Source of the DNA: Mobula hypostoma
Taxonomy: Eukaryota
Direction of reading: 5' to 3'
NCBI RefSeq assembly: GCF_963921235.1
Contig: NC_086097.1
Span: forward strand, 13,702,001 to 13,766,000
DNA length: 64,000 bases
Shown here: piece by piece, positions 12,382 through 24,977 of the stretch
Layout: each line of letters begins with the position of its first letter
How positions within the stretch are numbered: position 1 is the first letter of the stretch
Translations under genes and position numbers: made by a program
Notes under the pieces: model-generated
Databases searched by the model: none
What the model saw: only the letters and a program-made list of their open reading frames with translations
What the model was told of the DNA's origin: nothing

Positions 12382-13115
12382 AAGGTGTAATATCACTGGC
12401 ATATGTTGTGAAATTTGTTAACTTTGCAGCAGCAGCACGATGAAATACACGCTAATAGAGAAAAAACTGAATTACAGTAAGTATATATTAAATAGTTACA
12501 TTAAATAAGCAGCGCAAAAACAGGAATAAAAGAAGAAGTGAAGTTCAAACACGAGGAATTCTGCAGATGCTGGAATTTCAAGCAACACACATAAAAGTTG
12601 CTGGTGAACGCGGCAGGCCAGGCAGCATCTCTAGGAAGAGGTACAGTCGACGTCTCAGCCTGAAACGTCGACTGTACCTCTTCCTAGAGATGCTGCCTGG
12701 CCTGCTGCATTCACCAGCAACTTTTATGTGTGTTGCAAGTAGTGAAGTTCATGGGTTCAATGTCCATTCAGAAATCAGATGGTAGAGGGGAAGAATCTGT
12801 TCCTGAATCACTGAATGTGGTCTTTAGGCCTTCCTGTTGGTACCAATGAGAACAAGGCATAACCTGGGTGATGGGGGTCATTAATGATGGACGCCACCAT
12901 TTTGAGGCATCACCCTTGAAAATGTTCTGGATATGATGGCTAGTGCCCATAATACGATGGCTAGTGCCCAGAATGGAGCTGACTAATTTTACAACCCCCT
13001 GCAGCTTACTTCGATCCTGTGCAGTAGCACCCCCAGACCAGATGGTGATGTAGCCATGTTCTCTTTGTGGTACATCTGTAGAAATGTTTGCATGTTGTAG
13101 GTGACATACCAAATC
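12382..13115 (-). mobile_element. Rex1/Babar-like LINE 3' fragment interrupted by a PLE palindrome
   Basis: 'ITIWSGGATAQDRSKLQGVVKLVSSILGT' is homologous to the ORF at 18526-18873. Confidence 0.8.
12547..12736. mobile_element. PLE-derived palindromic element
   Basis: Near-perfect inverted arms with a 35-nt one-sided extension; 14-bp TSD (1 mismatch) at 12533-12546 and 12737-12750. Confidence 0.85.
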
Positions 13116-13286
13116 TCCATGTCAGTTTCCTTTGGGTGCACTAATTTCTTCGCCATCCCAAAAGCATGTGGGCTGGTTTATTTGTTGGCCATGTAAATTG
13201 TTCCTCGTGCAAGTGTCTGGTAGAGTCAGGAAGCTGGGAGAGGTAGCACAAGGAAATTAATGGAATGTAGGCAGAATAATGTAGGA

Positions 13287-14044
13287 AGCAACACATGTAA
13301 AATACTGGAGGAACTCAGCAGCTCAGGCAGCATCAATGGAAATGCATAAACAGTCAATGATTTGGGTTGAGATCATTCTTCAGGAATAAGAAGGATGGGG
13401 GAAGATGCCAGAATAAAAAAGTGAGGGGAGAGAAGTAGGCTAGCTGGAATATGATTGGTGAAGCCAAGTGGAAGGGAAAGGTAAAGGGCTGGAGAGGAAG
13501 GAATCGGATAGGAGAGGAGAGTGGAGCATAGGAAGAGTGGACTCAGGAGGAAGTTGATAGGCAGGTGAAAAGAGGGAAAGGCCAGAATGGGAAATGGAAG
13601 AAGAGGGAGAGGGACCAGAAGGAGAAATTGATATTCATGCCATTGGGTTGGAGGCTACTCTGGTGGAATATAGGGTGTTCCTCCTCCACCTTGAGGATGG
13701 CCTCATCTTGACACAAGAAGAGGCCATGGACTGACAAGTCAGAACAGGAATGGGAAATCAGAATTAAAATATTTGGCTGGCAGGAAGTTCTGTTTGTGGC
13801 AGATGGAGCAGAGGTGCTCGATGAAGTGGTCCCCCAGTCTACGACAGGTCTCAACCAACGCTGTGGAGGCCGCACTGGGAGAACCAGACGCAAAAGGTGA
13901 CCCCAACAGATTTGCAGGTGAGCTGTTGCCTTACCTGGAAGGACTGTTTGGGGTCCTGAATGGAGATGAGAGAGGAGGTGAATGGGCAGGTGTAACACTT
14001 AGGCTGCTTGCAGGGATAAGTACAGGGAGGGAGATAAAATAGGT
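13287..14044 (-). mobile_element. Penelope-like element 3' fragment (GIY-YIG endonuclease, 3'UTR and decayed HHR)
   Basis: Frameshifted 'TYPCKQPKCYTCPFTSS...QSFQVRQQLTCKSVGVTFCVWFSQCGLHSVG' and 'SHSCSDLSVHGLFLCQDEAILKVEEEHPIF...LQPNGMNI'; TSD-like taatgtagga/tagtgtagga; inserted in a V-SINE. Confidence 0.85.
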
Positions 14045-14859
14045 TAGTGTAGGATTTGCGTAAAAGCATATTAATAGTCGACAGACTGAAGGGCCTATTT
14101 CTGTCCAGTATGATGCCACAAATCTGTGAGCATTATGGATGCTTAAAAGTTGTTAACAATTTTCTGGGTCTCATAAAATCACTGCCGGTATACTTTTTTG
14201 TTTTATTCTATTTTGGATACCAGCAGAGCCTGTCAGTTCCTGTGTCACAATCACAAGCTCAGAGCTATTGATGCATGATGACACTCACACAAAAGGACCA
14301 ATTTTGTTGAGAAATAATCTGTGGTTGATCTCTGGGAGTATCCGTGTTTGGTGCATTATTTTTTCCTGGGACCTCAAAGCAGATGGAGAGATGTTTGAGG
14401 TGGCTGGGTTATGATCACTCCTCAATTTCAAAGTAGCACACAATTGGGCCACGGCTATTATTTCTGCTTTCTCCTGGTTCTCACTTTGACTGTTTTTTCG
14501 AAAACGAGAGCTCTTGTGAGTTCATTGTAATGGAAATAATTATCTCTGTTTTATTGACAGCTTTTTTCCCACAAGGCATCATTCTAATTACAGAGTTTTA
14601 GAAAGACAGGTATGACTGTCATGTAAGATTTAATGCAGTGGAAAGCTTTATGTAACAAAAGAGAGACCTGTCAACAGATCTTTCCACATCCCTTTAAAGC
14701 TTGAGACCCAGGTCTGAGTTTATAATCCAACTTGAAACTCCAATGCAGGAAGTGCTTCTCTGCCAGAGATGGTGCTTTATGTGACGAGACCATAAAACAG
14801 ATTGCCTTCTGGGTCCTAGTGATCCCATTCTACTAAAGATCCCTTGATCCTGCCTACTC

Positions 14860-15335
14860 TGGGTAGAACCATTCATGAGAATAATCCTGGGACTAAACAG
14901 TTAATATATGAGAAGGGTTTGATGGTTCTGCGCCTGTACTTTCTGGCGTTCAGAAGAATGAGGGAGAATCTTATTGAAACCTAGCAAATGATGAAAGGCT
15001 GAGATAGAGTGGATGTGGAGAGCATGTTTCCTACAGTAGGAGTGTCTAGGAAGAGGAACTCAGGGGGATTTAGAACAGTCGAGAAGAAAATTTTTCAGCC
15101 AAAGGGTAGTGAATCTGTGGAATTCATTGCCACAGATGGCCGTGGAGGCCAAGTCTCTGATTATATTTAAAGAGGAGATTGATAGATTCTTGAATAGTCA
15201 GGGCATCAAAGGGTAAGAGGAGATGGATGGAGAATGGGGTTGAGAGTGATAATAAATCAGCCATTATGGAATTGTGTAGCAGAATCAGTGGATCGAATGG
15301 CAGAATTCTGCTTTTATGTCCTAGGGTCTTATGGA
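14860..15335 (+). mobile_element. Old CR1 3' fragment
   Basis: 'ttcagaagaatgagggagaatcttattgaaacc' and 'gtgaatctgtggaattcattgccacag'. Confidence 0.75.
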
Positions 15336-15549
15336 ATGCTGTCAAAGTTCAAAGTAAATTTTATTATCGTATGTGTCACCATATACATCACTGAATAGAA
15401 TAGTAACTATAACAGGAACAATGAAAGATTATCTTGGTCAAGGTTCAGATTAAAAATAGAATCATGTGATGATATAACTCATGAGCAGATGACTACTAGA
15501 TTCACAAAAAGGCGACTGCTCCTTCAATAGAGCACCCAACCATGATTTA

Positions 15550-17150
15550 CAGTGCCTATAAAATTAGTCACCCCCCCCTTAAAATTAGTCCCCCCCCCCG
15601 TGGAAGTTTTCTTGTTTTACAACATTGAATCACAGTGGATTTAATTTGGGTTTTTGACACTAATCAACAGAAAAGACTCTTTCCTGTTGAAATGAAAACA
15701 AATTTCTACAAATTTGTCTAAATTTATTACAATTATTAAGCACAAAATAATTGATTACATAATGATTCACCCCCTTCAAGTCAGGTCAGTACTTAATAGG
15801 TGCATATTTGCCAGCAATTACAGCCTAGAGTTAGTGTAGCTAGGTCTTCATTCAGCTTTGAACAACTGGATATTGCAGTTTCCCCCCATTCTTCTTCACA
15901 TAACTGCTCAAACTCTATCCACTACATGAGGATCATGAGTGAACAGCCCTTTTCAAGTCCAGCCACAAATCCAGAGCATTAACTTTGTTGTTTTTGAGCC
16001 ATTCCTGTGTAGCTTTGGCTTTATGCTTGGGGTCATTGTCTTGCTGCAAAACAAATTGTCCCCCAAGTTGCAGTTCTCTTGCAGACTGCATCAGGTTTTC
16101 CTCCAGGATTTCCCTGTATTTTGTTGCATTAATTTTGCCCTCTACCTTCACAAGCCTTCCAAGGCCTGCTGCAGTGAGGCATCCCCACAGTGTGATGCAG
16201 TCACCACCGTGCCTCACGGCAGTGATGGTATGTTTTGATGATGTGTGGTATTTGGCTTACGCCCAACATACCGTTTAATCTGATTGCCAATAAGCTCAAT
16301 TTTGGTTTCATCAGACCATATAAACTTCTTCCAGCTGACTTCAGTGTCTCCCACATGCCTTCTGGCAAACTCTAGCCTAGATTTCATGTGAGTTTTCTTC
16401 AACAGTGGCTTTCTCTTAGCCACTGTTCCATAAAGCTACGACTCATGAAGCACCTGGGCAACAGTTGTTGTAAGCACGGTCTCTCCCTACTGAGGCTTGC
16501 AACTTCTCCAGAGCTGTCACCGGTCTCTTGGTGGCCTCCCTCACTAGTCCCCTTCTTGCATCAGCTTTTGAGGACGCCTGTTCCAGGCAGATTTACAGCT
16601 GTGCCATATTCTTTCCATTTCTTGATGGTTGATTTAACTGTACTCCACGGGATACTCAATGACTTGGAAATTTTCTTGTATCCATCTCCTGGCATCTGCT
16701 TTTCGGTAACCTTGTCAAAGAGTTGTTTGGAGTATTCTTTTGCCTTCATGGTGTAGTTTTTGCCACGATACTAACTCGCCAGCAATTCGACATTCCAGAT
16801 ACAAGTGTATTTTTACTGCAATCAGTTGAAACCTTGACTGCACACAGGTCTCCAAAAACAGATTTCCATTTAACTGATTATGTGACTTCTAAAACCAATT
16901 GGCTGCACCAGTGATGATTTTGTGTGTCATATTAAACAGGGGTGAATACTTATGCAATCAATTATTTTGTGTTTTATATTTGTAATTAATTTAGATCACT
17001 TTGTAGAGATCTGTCTTCATTTTAACATGAAATAGTCTTTTACTGTCGATCAGTGTCAAAAAAGGCCAAATTAAATCCACTGTGATTCAGTGTTGTAAAA
17101 CAATAAAAACTTCCGGGGGGGGGGGGGGTGAATACTTTTTATAGGCACTG
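15550..17150 (-). mobile_element. Tc1-like DNA transposon with long IR/DR inverted repeats, defective
   Basis: TA|CAGTGCCTATAAAA...TTTTATAGGCACTG|TA; inverted repeats of about 215-225 bp; TA TSD at 15548-49 and 17151-52. Confidence 0.95.
15800..16749 (-). pseudogene. Tc1 transposase, frameshifted, catalytic E region deleted
   Basis: MKAKEYSKQL..GYKKISKSL (paired-like HTH), FIWSDETKIEL, LQQDNDPKH; the expected SPDLNPIE is missing between 'KVNAL' and 'DLWLDLKRAVH'. Confidence 0.9.
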
Positions 17151-17447
17151 TATGTGCATGGATTTTTTTCTCCTTTGTATCATGTTTGAGGTGGGAAAAA
17201 TTGGACTAATGTATTGCTTATCCCTCCTTGTATTTGAACAGAATGACATATGGGCACCACTAAGTAAAGATGGCAACTTTGCGTCAAGTACGTTCGTTTA
17301 TCATTATCATAGGCATCCATATATGGCATATAAAAGCCATGAAAATTAGCATTTCACTGCATCAGCACAGTACATTATAATCGATGGACAAGCATAAGTT
17401 TAATATAAATTAACATAAATTACACATAACAGCAACACTAATGCAAG

Positions 17448-17691
17448 CAAAACACACAAAATGCTGGATGAACTCAGCAGGCCAGGCAGCATCTATGGAA
17501 AAGAATAGAGTTGACAGGCCTTTCATCAGGAATAAAGCTCATCTTTTTTTTCCCGGTCCTGATGAAGGGTCTCGGCCCGAAACCTTGACCGTGTACTCTT
17601 TTCCATAGATGCGCCCTGACCTGCTGAGTTCCTCCAGCATTTTGTGAGTGTTGCTTGGATTTCCAGCATCTGCAGACTTTCTCATCTTAAT
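17448..17691. mobile_element. PLE-derived palindromic element with plus-strand HHR motif (17554-17591)
   Basis: CGGTC-CTGATGA-A-GGGTCTCGGCCC-GAAA-CCT-T-GACCG; TSD ACTAATGCAAG at 17437-17447 and 17692-17702. Confidence 0.85.
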
Positions 17692-18399
17692 ACTAATGCA
17701 AGATTGACAGAGGCGAAGATAATATATAGTAGGAAGTAATGATGAGGTTTTCAGGACATTTCAAGAACCTGATGGCTTTGGGCAGTAGCTGCTGTTGAAC
17801 CCTGAGGTAAGGGTCTTCAGGCTCTGGTACCTCCTGCCTCATGCAGCAATGGGAAAAGGATGTTGTCCAGATGGTTACGGTCCTAATAATGAGTGCCACC
17901 TTTCTGGCACATTGCCTCTTGTAGACTCCCTCAGTGGTGGGGAGAACTTCATCCTTGGTGAAATTGGCTAAGTCCGCCACTCTCGAAAGCTTGTTGTGCT
18001 CCTGTGTCCAGACGTGAGTTAGTTGGGATTCAGCAATGTGACAGCATTAACAATCCCAGACTGGCCCCCAGGCTTCCTTCTCCAATAATTAACTGAAGAA
18101 AGTTAGCAAAAACTCATGGGACAGGAACTTTTTTTCCTTCTCCAACATTGCTGACTTTCAAACAATAACCAACATTCCAACTTTCAAACACTGTTTCCAC
18201 ATTCCCTTCATAGCAGTGCAGCACAGTAATGTAGTTAATAGAAACATTGTCTCACATCTCCAGTGCCACAGACTTGATTCTTTCTTCCAGTGCTGTATGC
18301 GTCCAGTTTGCATGTTCTCCTTGTGAGCACATAGGTTTGTACAGGCCTACCCTTTGTTCCCTTCACACTTTCTCTGCATGGCAAAATCAATTATCCGAT

Positions 18400-19068
18400 A
18401 ATTGAGGGATCAGAAGTGGAGAGAGTGAACAGCTTCAAGTCCCTGGGTGTCGAGATCTAACCTGGTCCCAAAATATCGATGTAGTTATAAAGAAGGCAAG
18501 ACAGTGGCTATACTTTATTGGGAGTTTGAAGAGATTTGGCATGTCATCAAATACACTCAAAAACTTCTATAGTTGTACCATGGAGAGCATTCTGACAGGC
18601 AGCATCACTGTCTGGTATGGAGGGGCTACTGCACAGGACCAAAAGAAGCTGCAGAAGGTTGTAAATCTAGTCAGCTCCATCTTGGATACTAGCCTACAAA
18701 GTACCCAGGACATCTTTAGGGAGCGGTGTCTCAGAAAGGCAGCGTCCATTATTAAGAATGTCCAGCACCCAGGGCATGCCCTTTTCTCACTGTTACCATC
18801 AGGGAGGAGATACAGAAGCCTGAAGGCACACACTCAGCGATTCAGGAACAGCTTCTTCCCCTCTGCAATCTGATTCCCAAATGGACATTGAATCTTTGAA
18901 CACTATCTCACTTTTTTAATATACAGTATTTCTGTTTTTGCACGTTTTTAAAATCTATTCAATATATGTAATTGATTTACTTGCTTATTTGTCATTATTA
19001 TTTTAATTTAATTTTTTTTCTCTGCTAGGTTATGTATTGCATTGAACCGCTGCTGCTAAGTTAACAAA
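18400..19068 (+). mobile_element. Rex1/Babar-like LINE 3' fragment
   Basis: ORF 18526-18873 'ESILTGSITVWYG...HPGHALFSLLPSGRRYRSLKAHTQRFRNSFFPSAI'. Confidence 0.85.
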
Positions 19069-19202
19069 ACGCGGATGCAGGCTGACCTGCAGAGCATTTC
19101 TAACATTACCTGATTCTACCTTAAACTGGGATTTGAATCATTGTTATAAACATTAGTCAAGTTCTACAATACTACAACAGCACCATACTGGACTAATAAA
19201 GT

Positions 19203-19456
19203 GACGATGATGACGACATCGACTCAGGCCTGAGAGGCCAGCGTCGGGCATTTTCATGCCTTACAAGGCGTGGAATGAGAGACTGTGTGGCGAGCTACTC
19301 ACAGTACAATTTGTTTCTTTATTTTACGAGGTCAAGTTGCGAGCACAGCACTCAAGCAGGCACGGATGGAAAGTGTATTCAGGAACAGCCAGACTGGATT
19401 CGAACCCAGGAACCTCCATTCCGGAGTCTGGTGCTGATATCACTGCGCCACCAGCC
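19203..19456 (-). mobile_element. tRNA-derived SINE
   Basis: Minus strand A box TGGCGCAGTG and B box GGTTCGAATCC; 12-bp TSD GACTAATAAAGT (19191-19202, 19457-19468). Confidence 0.85.
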
Positions 19457-19482
19457 GACTAATAAAGTAGTACTACAATACT

Positions 19483-19864
19483 TGGGGGTGGGGTGGAGAT
19501 ACATCTCTGTCAACGGAGGTGTAAGACAATCCTTCCCTCTGCTAGCCTGCAGGTCACCCTTGGGCAAGGTGTGACGCCTGGTTAGCCACCTGATCAGGGT
19601 CATATGAAGCCATGGGAGCAGGTGGTGGATGGTCGTCTGAGTAGCTGGTGCATTTCACAAATCCTGGTTATGCCACCACTGATGCCAGGCAGACAATCTC
19701 TGAAGAGTATTGATAATGGCTGCGGTCACCCGTCTAGTAAAAGCACGGCTCAGAAAAAGGCAATGGCAAGTCACCTCTGTAGAAAACTTGGTCAAGAACA
19801 ATCATGGTGTTGGAAAGACCATAATCACCCACGTTATAAGAGACGGCACATAATGAATAAACTA
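19483..19864 (+). mobile_element. RTE-related short element, copy 2
   Basis: Homologous to 6623-7020; 11-bp TSD ACTACAATACT (19472-19482, 19865-19875). Confidence 0.8.
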
Positions 19865-21489
19865 ACTACAATACTACTGGACTAATACAATTAGTCTACT
19901 ACAATAATAGCACAATGATCTCCCAACATTAGAATGCCCAGGGATGCAGATGGTAAGCTAAGAGGTAAGATAAGCTACAAAGAGGCCATTTTCATGAGAT
20001 TAGAGCAAGATGAGGAGAAGTTTAATGTAAATGTGTAAAGCTATGAAATTCCTAGGTAAATAGGTAGAAGAATGGTCAATAAATTAAGACAACAGACCAA
20101 AGAGGGACCATGGACTTAAGGAAAAGAAGAATGATTTAGAGTTACAATATTAAAATAAGTTATTATTTGGAATGAGTCAGGTCTAACACCCACTATCATT
20201 TATCCACTCACCTAAAAGGCAATGGACAGAGTGCCACAAAGTGTCTCCTCGAATACATAGACGGGATGAACTGAAATGGCGTCCTTCAATGGCTCTACAA
20301 AACCACCACCTTCTGGATAGTGTGTGAGGAAACTGTAAATAAAAGATTAAATTAGAATTCCTGTCCTTCCATCCCACCCAAGGATTCTGCAGTATTTATA
20401 AAGCAGGAATGCTCTTCAAGGACCTCTTGCTTTGTAAGGTTAAGGTGCTTTTATGTTTCTTTATTTCTGTTCTTTGTAAATTTATGCTTGAGAGACTAGT
20501 GATTATATTTTTTATAATCCACATTTTTGAGGGTGGGGTTGGTTTACAGTCAGTGACAGTGATCCTCACCCTCAGGCCTTTATACATTTTTGAATGCCAC
20601 AATGAACTTCATCTTTTATCCACTCTGCTAGGATGATGAAAAGGGCTTTAAAAATTGCTTGTCACTCTGTCCTTCTATTTTGCTTTAGCAAAGATATCTC
20701 AGGCTGCTGTGATAAATTAACTGCATTCCTTCTTAATCCAGTGCTGCTGGAAATGGGAGAGTTAAAAAGAAAAGAGTTGTTCCTTATGGTAACTAACAGC
20801 CAAGACTTCACTAATCCACTCCCAGAAGAGAGGGACCACCCAGAATAACTCTGGAAAAAATATACGACTTTGCTGATGGACAAGGCAAAATTGGGTCTAT
20901 TGAGGTTTTATTTTGATGGAATTCAGTGATCAAAACGCAAAGGAACGTGCATTACGAGACTCACAGCCAGGACTTCTCTGCCAGAAGTGCTGCTTCTGAA
21001 AGCATGCTACTCTTTTGATGGGCAAAGGGTGCGAAATTGGGTTGAGTGATGGCTATTGTTTGGACTGGTACTTGGAGACCAAAATGCCGCCTTGGCTGCA
21101 CAGATGCACATTAATCACACTGGACGACATACCGATGAAGGTGTTTGTCCACGTGAAAGACGCATCCTAATGGCTTGTCATCTTAATTAGCAAGCATATA
21201 GAACATAGACCAGCACAGCTAAACCAGTGATTTGTCCCATGACATAGTGCCAAACTAATTAAACTAGTAATTAACCACTGAACTAAATTAATCTCTTCTG
21301 TCTACACAATAATTCTCTGTGCATTCACGTGCCTGTCAAAGAGTCTATTATATGCCTTTATTGTATCTGCCACCACACCACCCCAGGTAGTGCATTCTTG
21401 GCACATCACTCAGTGGATTGAATGGAAGAGGATTCCATTCCTTTAATGTCCATTGGGCATTCAACCTGTCAGTGCACAATATCATTGCA

Positions 21490-22320
21490 CAATACAGCTC
21501 AGTGTAGGGCATTCAGCCCATGATGTTGTGCCAGCTCTTTAACCTAATCCAAGATCAATCTAACCCTTCGCTTCACATAGCCCTCCATTTTTCATTCCTC
21601 CATATGCCTATCTAAGAGTCTCTTAAATATTCCTACTGTATCTGCCTCAACCACCACCCCGGAAGAGTGTTCCACACACCCACCACTCTCTGTGTAAAGA
21701 AACTAACTCTGTCATCTACCCCCCCCCCCGCCATCCCCCACACCTTCGTCCAATAACCTTAAAATTATGCCCTCTTGTATTAGCCTTTTCTGTCCTGGGA
21801 AAAAGTCACTGGCTGTCCATGCCATGTGTTCCTCTTATCATCTTATGCACCTCAAGTCACCTCCCATTCTCCTTTGCTCTGAAGACAAAAGCCTAGCTCA
21901 CTTAATCGATCCTCATTAGGAATGCATTCCAATCCAGGCAACATTCTGGCAAATCTCCTGTGCACCCTCTCTAAAGCTTCCATATCCTCCATACAAGGAG
22001 GTAACCGGAATTGAACACACTCCTGAAAGTTCAACCCTAAGTCCCCATTGTGAGAGGTGGAAATGGGTAAGACCAGCCAACAGGATTCTGGTGAAGCTGT
22101 AAAGGCCGATTGCCTATACAGTGAGTACCGTGGATTACAGAAATGTTGATGAACTCCACCCACACCATCGAGGAAGTGGGAAGTCATCAATGGCCCACGC
22201 TCTACTGGAGCTAAAGGCCCTAGAAGAAGAAGAGGAACTGATCAAGTGTGGTCTAGCTCGAGTTTTATAGAGCTGCAATATTACTTCTCACATCCTGGTA
22301 TCAAATCTGCTGACTTCCTT
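21490..22320 (-). mobile_element. Old CR1 3' fragment (interrupted)
   Basis: 'MEDMEALERVHRRFARMLPGLE...RLSELG'. Confidence 0.7.
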
Positions 22321-22984
22321 TTGCACCTGTTGTGATACTTTTTTGAGAGCAATGAATACCAAATTGCCATGGCTGATATGCCTGATGGCTCTGGTGTTTA
22401 ACCCACATATATATGTCACTGGCAAGCTAACAGTGGACCAAGCCCACACAACGCAATGAGCCAAGAGACAGAGTAGACAGCCAGTATCTTTCTCCCAGGG
22501 TCCAAACATTGGTGTATGCACCAGTTGAGAGGGGGTAACTTCAAAGGAAATGTGCAGGGCAAGTTTTTTTTATATAAAAGTTGGTGGATGCCTAGAATGC
22601 ATTGCCAGAGGTGCTAAATGGGTAAAATGGTGGGATACATGAAAAACTTGTCTTGCATACTGTTAAAACAGATCAATTCCTGACAGAGATGCATTGAGAT
22701 AATAGAAGTATAATAAAACCCTAGTAATTTCTAAGGTAAAGACATGTTAGGCACAACTTTGTGGGCCGAAGGGCCTGTATTGTGCTGTAGGTTTTCTATG
22801 TTTCTAAAAGGTAAAACAATAACAGAATGCAAAATGAAGTGTTACAGTACAAAGAATATGCAGTGCAGATGGACAATAAGGTGCAAAGTCATGAGTAGAT
22901 TATAAGATCAAGTGTCCATCTAATCATACTAGGGAACCATTCAATAGTCTTATAACTGTGGGACTGAAACTGTTCTTGAGCCCA

Positions 22985-23395
22985 GACATTTCGGGCCGAG
23001 ACCCTACTTCAGGGCTGGAAAGGAAGGGGGAAGACACCAGAGTAAAAAGTTAAGGGGAGGGGAAGGAGAATAGCTGGAAGGTGATAGGGGAGCCAGGTGG
23101 GTGGGGAAGGTAAAGGGCTGGAGAAGAGGGAAGGATAGGAGAGGAGAGTAGACTTGAGGAGAAAGAGAAAGAGGAGGGGACCCAAGGGGAAGTAATAGGC
23201 AGGCGAGAAGAGAAACCTATGTTCATACCAACAGGTTGGAGCAACCCTAACCAAATATAACGGTGTTGCTGCTCCACCCTGAGAGTGGCCTCATTTTGGC
23301 ACAGGAATAGAATCGAAATTAAAATTTTGGCCACCTGGAAGTTCCACTTTTGGCAAATGGAGCAGAGATGATCGACGAAGTGGCCCCGCCCAACT
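22985..23395 (-). mobile_element. Penelope-like element fragment (end of GIY-YIG domain, 3'UTR and HHR)
   Basis: 'CQNEATLRVEQQH..WLGLLQPVGMNI'; homologous to 13350-13840; ends CAGCC-CTGAAGT-A-GGGTCTCGGCCC-GAAA-TGT-C. Confidence 0.8.
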
Positions 23396-24977
23396 TATGA
23401 TGGTTCTCACTAACACAATAGATGACCTTCTAAGCTTCTGTATCTTCTGCCAGATGGGAAAGTGGAGAAGAGGGAATGTCCAGCATGGTGGCTTTTTTGA
23501 TTACGTTGGTTCCTTTACTGAGGCAGTGAGAGGTGTAAGCAAAGTTATAGAGAGAAAGCTTGTCTCCGTGATGTGCTAAGCTGTGTCCACAACTCCTTAC
23601 AGATTCTTATGGTCACAGGCAGAACAGATGCTACACCAGGTACTAATCAATCTGGATAGGATGCTTTCTGAAGTGGATCAATAAAAATTGCTGAGGACGT
23701 ACCAAATTACTTTAGCTTCCTGAGGAAGTAGAGGTGTTGGTGAGCTTTCTTGGCTGTGACATCAATGTAGTTTGACCAGCATGGGCTGTTGGTGACGTTC
23801 ACTCCCAGGAACTAGCAACTTTCAACCTTCTCGACGTCAACACCAACACCATTAATATAACCAGGAACCTCTGCACAGCCCTTTCCCGAAATCAATGACC
23901 TGCTCTTGAGTTTTCAGATTCCGATTCATTTATCACAGGTACATTGAAGCACATAGTGAATTAAAATGTGTGGTATGTGTTAACAACCAATGCACCTAAG
24001 GTTGTTCTGGGGGCACCAACCTAACATGCCTACAGTGCTCAGTAGTACAACACAACACAACAAACAACAAAACAACAACGGCAAAGCAAGTCCCTTTTCA
24101 CTCTACTCCCCCTCTCTCTCACCCACCCATACACATGGACAGTCCTCCAGCTCCAGGGAAGGCCCTCAGCCTTCAGTCTCCATTATTCAGTCTTAGCTCA
24201 TTGGGCTTTGACGTTGAATTTGCAGTCGATCTTTGATATAGATCCTGGGGTAGCCGATGACAGCACCCCACTCTTGAACTCAGGGCACACTCACTCACTG
24301 GCTGTCATGCCTTCCCGTGCCTGCAGACTCCACTGACATTGACTCCCAGGATCCGCTGACCTGGGCCAGTTCAACATCCACGGGTGTCCTTCGTCACCCA
24401 TTCACATCACTGGCTTTTGATCGTGGCCTATAATCCGGATGGCCTTTGTCACCTGTCCATGTCGCTGGAATTGGAGCACAGAGCAGAGGCCTGACCTCTA
24501 ACTCCTCCGCAGTCCTGTCCCTAAACCCTAACCTGACCCATAGCCACCCCTCTCTATCCCCAAAACCATCTCCACAAACATAAAATAAACAAGTATGTCT
24601 AAGTCATGATCGCAACAAAGACCATAGCTCGATGTAACCTTGACTGGAATGTTTTGCTGCCTTTGAGGGAAGCATATATGATAGGCACCTGACTATGCAG
24701 AAGATGAAGACATATGGACTTGTGTAGCCTGAAGGAGTTGAGTTTAGTTGTAAAGTTTTAATTACTAGTTTAATTAGTTTGGGATAAATTTGTGGATATT
24801 GAAATACTCTCTGATGCAAAAAAGCACATGGCACTCTAGTGAGTAAGGTTTTCTCTATATTATCTCTTTGCATTGTTCAAGGAAAATCTTGATGGATTGA
24901 AAATTAATCTTTTCACAGTTTGAAAACTGAGGTCAAGGGACTTTGATTAATGGTGTTGTCCACACTCCTTGAGTATG

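Noticed and set aside
12547..12736. Palindromes as DNA-transposon MITEs or miRNA genes
   Set aside because: Variable 10-14 bp TSDs, asymmetric ends and physical linkage to GIY-YIG PLE fragments indicate PLE origin.
19385..19456. Functional tRNA gene
   Set aside because: It is the head of a TSD-flanked SINE, and no complete cloverleaf is evident.
19484..19590. HDV-like ribozyme fold at the 5' end of the RTE-related element (GGGGGTG/CACCCTT, then GGGCAA and a hairpin)
   Set aside because: L3 would be only 2-4 nt with no P1.1 partner, and J4/2 does not fit C-N-A-A; the segment is also explained as CORE-SINE-like.
20689..20789. Possible exon in unique sequence
   Set aside because: Weak donor and unrecognised peptide.
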